Assembly: GCA_044892525.1 (NCBI GenBank)
Contig: CM097885.1
Coordinates: 47,988,001 to 48,052,000, forward strand
Length of the DNA: 64,000 nucleotides
Direction: 5' to 3'
Source: Schmidtea polychroa
Taxonomy: Eukaryota
Positions within the stretch are counted from its first letter, which is position 1, and the number at the start of each line of letters is the position of its first letter. Under the pieces are notes generated by a model. The model had not been told where the DNA came from, searched no databases, and saw nothing but the letters and a program-made list of their open reading frames with translations. A program made the position numbers and the translations under genes. This document shows, piece after piece, positions 24,420 to 36,300 of this stretch.

Positions 24420-25640
24420 CATCGTTAACTTTATTGTTTCATTAAAAAACTAATTGTTCAGTTTCTTTAACTAAAAAACTGGTCTAATCAACTGAACGTT
24501 TGCGGGCATCTTAACTATAATAGACAATCAACTGAAGTCCAATTATGGGTCACCTTGACGGTTTCTCTTTGCCTTCCTATGTAAGTATCCTCCCAATAAT
24601 CTACCAGTGGCATAATTTCTGCGGGACTAACTTCTACCAAATGCTCGAATGCAGTACAAACATTATTTACAGGAACAAAACTTAAGGCAAGCAGCATCTT
24701 CACTGTCATTCGACATTCCTCATTGTCGTGGTACAGTTGCGATTAGTCTAAATCTTGCACTTTTCGCCAGAGACATTGGCCTAGGTGAAATAGACAACCA
24801 ACAACACATGCATTGGGAAACATGTGCTGAATTGCATTCTGTGTGGCTTTTTCAAAATCAGACATGATGCTAGCAGGATTCACGGTAGGTAAAAGTTCCA
24901 AAATCTTTTGAAAAACTCTGATATAGGTTGCTTCGGTCTTATCCTGGATGAGGCAATAAACCAACGGCACTGCCTTGTTATCTATCAAAGCATGTATTGT
25001 AAATACTCGATAGAAGATTACTGGTGCAACTCTGAAAATTCCATCCACAAACCAATGTTTATTTTGCTGTAGACGATTGATATTATCTATTATTCCGAAC
25101 ATCATCATTCTGTAAACGTCAGTCGGTCCGGAATCCCAGACGACAAAATTTTGCCCTCTTGTTGTCGTTTGAAGAGGTTCAGGAATTGCTATCTCTGCAC
25201 TGTTCTGTGGATTTGAATATGGCAGCTGATTGCGTTTTCTCTGTCTTTCTATTGCACATTGTGAAGCGACGTATACCGGCAAATAAGGTGCTACTTCCAT
25301 CTAAATATCTGCTATGGCTTGTTGTTTAATCTGTCTTTGTTTTTCCACCTCTTCCACTTTCCTTTTTCGTATAGCCGACACCACTTTTGCTGCTTCGTTT
25401 TTAGCTGGATCAGGAGCATAATTGTGTTGATGATGACAGAACAACATCGTTCAGCATTTTCATCCGTCCTCGGCAGCCATCTTTCTTGCAGCTTCTCCAT
25501 GTCGTACTTCCATCAGCATTTACTCTGTCCTTTCGATATCTATAGCCTTCGACCAATATAATAGCCTTCTCTTTCTGTGATTCCATCTTCTCCATGTTAC
25601 TTGGGTTAGAAATATTTTATATTGAAATTAATAATATTTA
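24420..25640 (-). mobile_element. Mutator-like (MULE) transposase remnant with FLYWCH-type zinc finger
   Basis: ORF 25410-25595 has EGYRYRKDR..STTWRSCKK..CRGR; ORF 24743-25300 has WFVDGIF, PLVYCLI, IMSDFE and GCLFHLGQCLWRK. Confidence 0.88.
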
Positions 25641-25804
25641 ATATTAAATATCGATAATTAATATTTCTAAATTAATAATATTCGATATTTTCAACCAATT
25701 CATATTGCTTTAGCGAACAACATGTGTTTCTTTAATTGACTGCGCTCTTATGTTGGGGTGCCGAGAAATATAACTTCTACGGAGATTAAATCTGAGATAA
25801 TTTG

Positions 25805-26070
25805 ACATTTATCAACAAACATTGTGCAAAGATGGATGAAAATACAGAGTTATTATTTATTAATATCAACGACCTGTATTGCTGGGTTCTAAGTCAAAGT
25901 CTACCTCATGGAGATTTTGAATGGGTCTATCAAAATCTTGATAAAATTCTAGAAGAATGCAAGACTTTGTATCTTGTTCACTTACATGAGGCTATACTTT
26001 TGCAACTGAAATAGATATTCCAGAAGAAATTCACGGCGCATTGAATGATTTACCAGTTACAGCTTATTTT
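25805..26070 (+). pseudogene. Second copy of the Polinton PolB motif-A fragment (inverted relative to 18380-18632)
   Basis: ORF 25802-26014 is nearly identical to ORF 18423-18605. Confidence 0.65.
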
Positions 26071-26441
26071 GATCAAATTGAAATGATATTAGTAGATCAG
26101 GTTAGCATGAACCGTATTGGATCGCAGCTGTAGATGTGACTCCGCAAAATATTTTCATTGTGTATTCTATTTTTTTCATTAAAATTATTACAATAAATAT
26201 ATTAATAAAAAATTTCTTTATAAAATTTGTTGATAAAATTCAAAAGTTTCATGTTGATAAATATTTTAGTGAAAATTATGAAAAATATATTAAAACAACT
26301 TGCAAAATTTAATTACAAACGAATGTATAAAAACCATTTATTATTAATTTTCATTTTGGACAAAACCTTCTATCAAAGAAAAGTTTAATTCTTCATTTTG
26401 TATAATATTAAAATTTGACAGCAATCTTTGTAATAATCTAT

Positions 26442-26616
26442 AAAAGATTTAAGTATAGCTCGCTTTAGCCACTGGCATCCACAGAACTTCAGAGTTCGTA
26501 TCAAGCTTCCACACGAACTCTTTGTTCTAAATGGATGCCGGTGGCTAAAGCGAAAACAAACCCCAAATCCGGCTCCCATGTTGTTGAGTTACAGACGCGC
26601 ACAGCCACACCCAGCC
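26442..26616 (-). ncRNA. Copy of the 7SL-derived element
   Basis: Reverse complement of the 175-nt unit with intact hairpin and T-run; a few substitutions in the Alu head. Confidence 0.68.
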
Positions 26617-27090
26617 GATCTCTAATTCTAATTGTTAGACACAATGAAATTCAAATCTTCTTCAAGCATTTATTTTTTATAACAACTTCAAAACTCTCTC
26701 GTTTACTAGCGTATTTAAACACCGAGGCGTGATAATTATTAATATTAATGTAATTACTAGTCATACATTTAATTGATTTAATTTAATATAATTTAATATA
26801 ATATATAATTAATATAATATAATATATAATAATATAATTTAATATAATATATAATAATATAATATTTAATATAATTTAATATAGAATTTAAATATAAAAA
26901 TGTTGATAAATATTTTACTGAAAATTATGAAAAATATATTAAAACAACTTGCAAAATTTAATTACAAACGAATGTATAAAAACTATTTATTATTAATTTT
27001 CATTTTGGATAAAACCTTCTATCAAAGAAAAGTTTAATTCTTCATTTTGTATAATATTAAAATTTGACAACAATCTTTGTAATAATCTAC

Positions 27091-27265
27091 AAAAGATTTA
27101 AGTATAGCTCGCTTTAGCCACTGGCATCCACAGAACTTCAGAGTTCGTATCAAGCTTCCACACGAACTCTTTGTTCTAAATGGATGCCGGTGGCTAAAGC
27201 GAGACCAAACCCCAAATCCGGCTCCCACGATGTTGAGTTACAGACGCGCACCGCCACGCCCAGCC
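27091..27265 (-). ncRNA. Copy of the 7SL-derived element
   Basis: Near-identical to 17816-17990 (ggcggtg versus ggtggtg) and shares its upstream flank. Confidence 0.7.
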
Positions 27266-27849
27266 GATCTCTAATTCTAATAATGCTTAATTAATTAATT
27301 TTATACGCTTTCTACTGATAACAGTCAGTAGCTAATTCCAATATAATATTTTAACAAGTCAATTACCAATATTTAGGTGTTCCAGTAGGCGATGATAATG
27401 ATCAAAGTTCTTATGGAATTCTTGAAAAGGATATCAGTGACGTAAACAAGATTGTGAATTCCGGATTTAATGGTTGACATAAACTCAAGGCCTACAAAGT
27501 TTTCATTCTATCACGATTGATATTTCCTTTCCAAACTTGTGAAATTAAAACAAAAGCTCTATCAGCTCCTCAAGATAATGCTAACCTCTCTGAAATAAAC
27601 TTCAAGGTCATTGAGACAAAACCTGAGTTTACCACACAATTCTGAGAAAATAATAATTAATACACCTTAACTGAATGTGGAGGAATTTATTGTGCCAACC
27701 GGCTTGACTATCAAAACTCAAACAATCGTAAATTTCGTTTGATTTTTTTTCATAGATCGCAAAGCATCAGCCTTAAACATATGCAGTATACCCTTTGTGA
27801 GATTACTTTATATATGGTTTAGACATAGGAATTTTTACATGATTTAGTG

Positions 27850-30000
27850 CAGTGGTTCGCAAATTTATTTTACTGCTGGCACCCAAAAATAATGTATTGA
27901 AACTCACGGCACCCTGCATCTTCTCATCTCCCATGTATAAGTAAAGATATGTATTTATATATTAAAACAACATTTATACACAAGCGAGTTTTATATTTTC
28001 GTAACAAAATTTTATTAATAAATATGTATACCAGAGATATATCATCACATTTAGATAAACATACGACCAATTATTGCAAAGTTACATATAATACGCTTAA
28101 TCAATTCAATAGGAAACATGAGACTGGTGTGATGCGCATATTTTTTTAATGCCAGGGCCAATTTGAGATAGGCATACTCTCATTTCATCTTCGACTGCCT
28201 TGAGTCTTTCTCTTTTTTTTACTTTTGATGTTCACCAAAGCAGAAAAGCGAAGCTCGCACAAATATGAAGTTGAGAATTGTAGGAGTATTTTGAGCGCTC
28301 GTAGTCCTATATTCGGATATTCTTTTTTAATCTCAATCCAAAAAAAGTTGAGGTCTAATTCTTCATATCTTAGTTTCAGTGTTCGATCATTTCGAATATT
28401 CATCATTTCCTCCTCTTCTATAAGTTCCAAATCATTTTTTCCATCACTGATGCCACAAATGGATTTCTTATCCAATCTTAATGATCTACATTGATATCGG
28501 AAAAATAATTATCAACTTTAGTCACTAAAGTTGTTAAATTCTCAATAATGAGTTCTCGAATTTGGTTATTCTCCATTTCCTCGATTTTTGAGAACATTCC
28601 CATATTACCCTGGCTTACTTTCTTTATCCACAACTTCAATTTGTCTTTGAAAGCCATTATTTTGTCTGAAGAAGGTAAGAATTTTTAATTTCTTCCCTGC
28701 ATACTGAAGTTTAATTTATTCACTAGTTCAAAATTATCTGCCAAATAAGTCAACCTTGAATGCCACGCAACGTCCTGTAATAATTCGCAATATTCGTTTT
28801 GCTTTTCTTCTTCAAAAAATATGATTAATTCTGCTTTTTAATCATAAAAAAGACTCAAAACACGCCCTTTAAAAGCCATCTTACTTCTGTGTGAAGAATA
28901 AGATTTTTAAATTGAGATACCATTTCTTCGTAAAGTTTATTAAATAAACGTGACTTCAGAGGTTTACTTTTAACGTAATTGACCATCTTGACTACCATGT
29001 TCAAGACACATTCTAAGTCTATATTTATGGATTTTGCTACTAAAGCTTCACGGTGTATAAAACAATGTGTTGATACGATATTCATGTTCTTTTTTTAGCA
29101 AGAGACACAAAGCCCTTTATGGAACCGATCATAGATGGTGCACCATCCGTACATATGCCAACACATGTTTCCCAAGATATGCCAGCTGATGATAAATACT
29201 GATCTAAAATATTAAAAACATCTGCTTCAGTAGTTGTTCTTTCTAATTCTTTGCAATATAAAAATTCTTCAATTATTTTTTCATCGCTATCAATAAATCG
29301 CGTGTACACTAATAACTGAGCTTTTCCTCCAATGCCAGTACTTTCTTCAACTTGCAAAGCATACATATTAGCTTCTTTCATTTTCAAAACATTTTATTCT
29401 ATGTTATCAGACATTTCATTAATACGTCTTCGTACTGTGTCATCTGATAATGGAATTTTCTTTATGCCAGCTTCACTTGCTTCTCCGAGCACTACCTTTA
29501 CAATTGCTAAACATGACGGTAAAATTAATGTCTCTCCAATTGTGTGTGGTTTCATTTGTTGTGATATTATTTCTGCGACTATGTAGCTGGCCTCTTTAAC
29601 ACGATCAGAAATTTTGAATTGTTTTGTAAAATTACTGCTTTGTTTTTGATGTGAATAAAGCAGTCTTTTAAAATATTCCACATTTTTTGAGAAAGATGAG
29701 CATGTTTCGTCGAAAAATGGCGCAAAAGTTTACTAGGCACCATAGCTGCATTAGCAGTACTTCGCCACATACAACACATTTCGGATTAGGAGATATTTTG
29801 TCAGCACACCAAGTAAACCCGTATTCCAAATAGTTTTTTTGGTATAGACGGGTCTTACTCTTACATGCTTTTTCCTTAGTTAGAGCTTTATTTTCATTTG
29901 TATCACCAGAATTTGCGTCAATTGTACTGGGTTGCAAATATGAATTCTCGTCTATACTCCTCCTTCTTCCAATAAATTTGTCCATTTTCTAGAATCCCAA
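27850..30000 (-). mobile_element. Buster/Charlie-type hAT (SCAND3/ZBED5-like) element, pseudogenised
   Basis: Terminus cagtggttcgcaaa at 27850. ORF fragments contain KPHTIGETLILP, IPLSDDTVRRRI, CTDGAPSM, THCFIHREAL, HTEVRWL and FSTSYLCE..FSAL. Confidence 0.9.
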
Positions 30001-30143
30001 AAAAAAGAAAATATTTCAGTATGTAAAAATGCTTATTTTAATGCTATGCTTACCAAATATTGAGAATATTCTATGAACAAAATTTCATTGATATTAATAT
30101 ATTGATAAACTTGTCACAGGTTCATTATGTCAGTAGATATGAA

Positions 30144-30487
30144 GGTACTTCCGTGTTATCTTACCCCCAAAAAATAAATTATAAAATACAATTAAAATAA
30201 CAATATAAAAAATGAGAGAAAACATTATTGATGACGTTATTGAACATGAATTTATTAAGGCTATCTGTGATTTATATGATTATGTGAGTTTATGTGGCGC
30301 AAACGTGTTCTAAGCAACAGTGCCGATCTGTTCGACACTATTCTCAACGACATTGTGGTTTTCTGGCCATCTGGATGATCATTTACAAACATTTGCTGAG
30401 TTTGTAACTGTGATTTAGAAAATAAATATAATAATTATGTGTTCTTTTTTAATTTAATTTTTGGGGGTAAGATAACACGGAAGTACC
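30144..30487. mobile_element. MITE-like element with perfect 30-bp TIRs
   Basis: ggtacttccgtgttatcttacccccaaaaa pairs with tttttgggggtaagataacacggaagtacc; no TSD evident. Confidence 0.75.
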
Positions 30488-30680
30488 GTGGCTTTATTTT
30501 AAATTTAATCACTATTTAACATTTAAAAAAATAACTTTGATATTATTTTTGATAAAACGCATTTCAAATAAATTGTTTTCAGTAAAAAATAATGAAGCTT
30601 TTACTCTACAGAAATCTATTTATTTTAAAAACAAAATTCAATCTATTGATCTTTGATTTATTTAAATATAATCTGCAACA

Positions 30681-31701
30681 TACTATACGCATCCCAAAAA
30701 AAATAATTAAATAATAAATAAATCAATTAAATTATCATTTATTTTATGGCAGAAATTGCGTACAAAAACATATCTAATAAATTATTTTCTGTTGTATTTT
30801 GCCTTGATAACCACATTTTAAAATCAATAAAAGCCATTTTTTCGGAAAATGACATTCCTCTTTTACTTCTTAAATCAGTCTTAATCCTTCAATAGTGTTG
30901 ATATGAACACCAGTTTCTTGGTTAAGATATTCCAATTTGTGATTAACAGCATGGTGTGTAATTTAATCCAAGTAAATTTCCGAGATTGAAGGTTTCGGTA
31001 TAACATCCACGCCACATATCAGAGTGAATAATAGAGCCAGGTATTATAAATCTAGTGATTAAAGGAACAAGAGTTTCACGATCTCTTCTTTCGACAACTC
31101 TCGCAAACCATTTTTTTGAAACTCTTTCAATACCGTCCATCATCCAAACTTCCCTGTATCTCCGACCTCTGTTATATTTGGTTTTTTTGGAGATAAGAGT
31201 TTCGACGATTTCAACAATTACTCCTTCTCCCCCAATCATGAGATCATCCTTATTTAAATTTAGCAAAGAGGTCGAACAAATTTCTGAAAAGAAAATATTC
31301 CAGTTTTTTTGATAACCTTAACATTGTTAAAATTTTATTGCTAGGCACCCCCAATACCCAAAAATAAGTCAAAAGAAGCAATGTAGAAAGTGGCAGCTTT
31401 GATTCTCAAAAAAGGAATCTTTCCTTACACTGCAGGAAGACCATTTTCTTGGACATCTACAAGAATAAACATCTGTAATATTATTTCTTTTTATTAAAGT
31501 CATTTGCTGACCACAAAAACAATTAAAATTACTTTTTAAAACTTTTTTCTCTGAAAATATTTAATACATTCCAATTTATCAGAGCTAATTTGAAAAATTG
31601 TGTATAAGTCAGGATAATTTTGCATTTTTAAGGTTTAAAATAAAATGATTATTTAATTTTTTTATTTATTAATTAATTAATATTTTGAGATGCGTACAGT
31701 A
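30681..31701 (-). mobile_element. Merlin (ISXO2/IS1595-like) DNA transposon remnant
   Basis: ORF 30943-31266 has IGGEGVIVEI, KYNRGR, VERRDRETLVPLI and GSIIHSDMWRG, followed by frameshifted VNH...TGVHINTIEG; imperfect TIRs tactatacgcatcccaaaa / ttttgagatgcgtacagta. Confidence 0.85.
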
Positions 31702-32127
31702 AACCGTCGCCATATGATATGTATACATATACTATAAATCTATTAATAAAATCAATATTGAAAATATTATTTGTAAAATTTTATCAAATCCTTGTAAAGT
31801 TTTTGATATGTTCAGAAAAGAATATTCGACACGGTTTGTTCTGATATCGTATGCCGTTTTACTTGCAATGTCTGTAATGCAGCATACATTAAAGGTTTTG
31901 TCAGTCATTATTATGATTAATAAATTTTATTGGATTCCAAACATATAATTATGAAATCCTCAATAAACCCATAAGTATAATCGATTTCATTTAAATTGTT
32001 CAGTGTCAGAATATATTGCAAAAATATATTTTAAAAGATTGTGATCTTTTATTTATAAGTGTTTTAAATGATAATTAAGAATTTGTAGAAATTGAATAAT
32101 AAAAAAGGAATTTAATCATTTAAAACA

Positions 32128-33321
32128 TCAAACTATATCGAAACATTGGATATCATTTATATCTTCTGACACTAAATCTTGAATAGAATCAGGTTGAAAT
32201 AAGTCATTATAGTCGCCAATAAGACTTTTGAAACTGTCATTACTCGGTAAATTATCAATATCACCCAAAGATTTTTCATTCATCGCTTCATCAATTATCA
32301 TTGATGTCTTGCTATCCCCAGAAATGAAATGCCTATTATTTGCATCATTCTGTTCAACAAGTTCATGTTCTGCTAGATTAAACGTTACCTGAGATTCTAA
32401 TTTTGTACTGTTGTTTCCATAAACAATATCTTCCTAAAAAGGAATTTTAATGCATATTTTTTTTATCAGTTGAGATAAAGACTTTATAAATTATTAAAAG
32501 TTTGGTACAGTCAATTCTCTTCATGTGGATCTTTAAATACTAAAAATAAAAATGGCAACAAAATAGAAAATTAACATCAGAGTTAAAACTGTTCGGTTAT
32601 TATTTAACAAGTCGGTTAGTTTCTGACTCATCGTGTTAGTTGCAATCGAAACCTAACCCAACACTGAACACTTATTTTTATCATAATTACAACTTGTCAC
32701 TATATTTGCACATATCTCTAGAAATTATTTATAAGGTAGGTAATCACCTGTTCTGATAAGATAATCTATAATTTTCTTATATTTTATCTTTCATTTTTCT
32801 CGGAGCTTCGCAAACGTTCGCAAATTCTTTATTGCTTTATTCGACCAACTGCCAATTCACTTTTCAACAGATCTCTTTTAATATTCCGTCTTCCAAAACA
32901 ATTTAATTGCTATTCAACAAATATTGCTTCACTTCGGGTCTAATTGCTTCAACAACAAGTAAATTGCTCAAACTCTGTCTTTGATGCCTTACCTAAACTT
33001 ATTTTGATTATTTAATAATCTTTAGGGGTTCCCTCTCTTTTCGTCTGTCATAATACTCAAGCTTCATTGCAAATATAACAAAAGATGTTATTCCAGTAAA
33101 TAAATTGTTGATTAAAATTGTTGATCATCAGCAATCGAAAATTCCGTTTTCATTAATTCTTTCAACATATTGAATTCAAAGACAACGAAAGCTGGTTTGT
33201 CAATATTTCAATTTATGGATATAAAACAAATTTCAAATTGCCATATTGTCAATTAAGAGAGTACATAGTGCTTGAATTTCTCTAGGATTTTAATAAGTGT
33301 TCTATCTCTCTCTCTCTCTCT

Positions 33322-33373
<52 letters not shown>

Positions 33374-36300
33374 TGAAGATACTTAAGTTCTATCTAAAAT
33401 TAAAATATGCCCACTTCATTTAAACGAAAAATTCAAATAAGGTATGACAATCATCCATTAAACAAGAAATTAATTTAGAGTATTGTGAAACCGGTAATTA
33501 AAACAAAATTAAAATTAATTATTATTAATTAAAATATGAATAAAATTATTAAATAATCAATGATTAAAACAAAATTAAAATTAATTATTACTCAATTATT
33601 AATTAAAATACGAATAAAATTATTACATAATCAATGATTAACACAAAATTAAAATTAATTATTATTAATTAAAATATGAATAAAATTATTTAATAATCAA
33701 TGATTAAAACAAAATTAAAATTAATTATTGCTCAATTATTAATTAAAATATGAATAAAATTATTACATAGTCAATGATTAAAACAAAATTAAAATTAATC
33801 ATTACTCAATTATTAATTAAAATACGAATAAAATTATTACATAATCAATGATTAAAACAAAATTAATTATTGCTCAATTATTAATTAAAATATGAATAAA
33901 ATTATTACATAATCGCTGATTAAAACAAAATTAATTAATGCTCAATTATTAATTAAAATATGAATAAAATAATTACATAGTCAATGATTAAAACAAAATT
34001 AAAATTAATTATTGCTCAATTATTAATTAAAATACGAATAAAATTATTACATAATCAATGATTAAAACAAAATTAAAATTAATTATTGCTCAATTATTAA
34101 TTAAAATATGAATAAAATTATTACATAGTCAATGATTAAAACAAAATTAAAATTAATCATTACTCAATTATTAATTAAAATACGAATAAAATTATTACAT
34201 AATCAATGATTAAAACAAAATTAAAATTAATTATTGTTCAATTATTAATTAAAATATGAATAAAATTATTACATAATCAATGATTCAAACAAAATTAATT
34301 ATTGCTCAATTATTAATTAAAATATGAATAAAATTATTAAATAATCAATGATTAAAACAAAATTAAAATTAATTATTGCTCAATTATTAATTAAAATATG
34401 AATAAAATTATTAAATAATCAATGATTAAAACAAAATTAAAATTAATTATTGCTCAATTATTAATTAAAATATGAATAAAATTATTAAATAATCAATGAT
34501 TAAAACAAAATTAAAATTAATTATTGCTCAATTATTAATTAAAATACGAATATGAATAAAATTATTAAATAATCAATGATTAAAACAAAATTAATTATTG
34601 CTCAATTATTAATTAAAATATGAATAAAATTATTACATAATCAATGATTAAAACAAAATTAAAACTAATTATTACTCAATTATTAATTAAAATATGAATA
34701 AAATTATTACATAATCAATGATTAAAACAAAATTAAAATAATTTATTATTAATTAAAATATGAATAAAATCATTAAATAATCAATGATAAAAACAAAATT
34801 AAAATTAATTATTGCTCAATTATTAATTAAAATACGAATAAAATTATTAAATAATCAATGATTAAAACAAAATTAATTATTGCTCAATTATTAATTAAAA
34901 TATGAATAAAATTATTACATAATCAATGATTAAAACAAAATTAAAACTAATTATTACTCAATTATTAATTAAAATACGAATAAAATTATTACATAATCAA
35001 TGATTAAAACAAAATTAAAATAATTTATTATTAATTAAAATATGAATAAAATTATTAAATAATCAATGATAAAAACAAAATTAAAATTAATTATTGCTCA
35101 ATTATTAATTAAAATATGAATAAAATTATTACATAATCAATGATTAAAACAAAATTAAAATTAATTATTACTCAATTATTAATTAAAATACGAATAAAAT
35201 TAATTCATAATCAATGATTAAAACAAAATTAAAATAATTTATTATTAATTAAAATATGAATAAAATTATTAAATAATCAATGATAAAAACAAAATTAAAA
35301 TTAATTATTGCTCAATTATTAATTAAAATACGAATAAAATTATTAAATAATCAATGATAAAAACAAAATTAATTATTGCTCAATTATTAATTAAAATACG
35401 AATAAAGTTATTAAATAATCAATGATAAAAACAAAATTAAAATTAATTATTGTTCAATTATTAATTAAAATATAAATAAAATTATTACATAATCAATGAT
35501 TAAAACAAAATTAAAACTAATTATTAATTAAAATATAAATAAAATTATTAAACAATCAATGATTAAAACAAAATTAATTATTGCTCAATTATTAATTAAA
35601 ATATGAATAAAATTATTACATAATCAATGATTAAAACAAAATTAAAACTAATTATTACTCAATTATTAATTAAAATACGAATAAAATTATTAAATAATCA
35701 ATGATAAAAACAAAATTAAAATTAATTATTGCTCAATTATTAATTAAAATACGAATAAAGTTATTAAATAATCAATGATAAAAACAAAATTAAAATTAAT
35801 TATTGTTCAATTATTAATTAAAATATAAATAAAATTATTACATAATCAATGATTAAAACAAAATTAAAACTAATTATTACTCAATTATTAATTAAAATAT
35901 AAATAAAATTATTAAACAATCAATGATTAAAACAAAATTAATTATTGCTCAATTATTAATTAAAATATGAATAAAATTATTAAATAATCAATGATAAAAA
36001 CAAAATTAAAATTAATTATTGCTCAATTATTAATTAAAATATGAATAAAATTATTACATAATCAATGATTAAAACAAAATTAAAATTAATTATTACTCAA
36101 TTATTAATTAAAATACGAATAAAATTATTACATAATCAATGATTAAAACAAAATTAAAATAATTTATTATTAATTAAAATATGAATAAAATTATTAAATA
36201 ATCAATGATAAAAACAAAATTAAAATTAATTATTGCTCAATTATTAATTAAAATACGAATAAAATTATTAAATAATCAATGATAAAAACAAAATTAAAAT

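Noticed and set aside
17853-27228. Repeated ORFs MGAGFGV... (17853-18044, 26385-26579, 27034-27228) and antisense MPVAKAK... as a protein family
   Set aside because: They are translations of the hairpin RNA-like repeat, using GTG or variant starts, with no protein motif.
30943-31266. Bacterial IS1595 indicating contamination or recent horizontal transfer
   Set aside because: ISXO2-like transposases are the established eukaryotic Merlin superfamily, and composition matches the host DNA.
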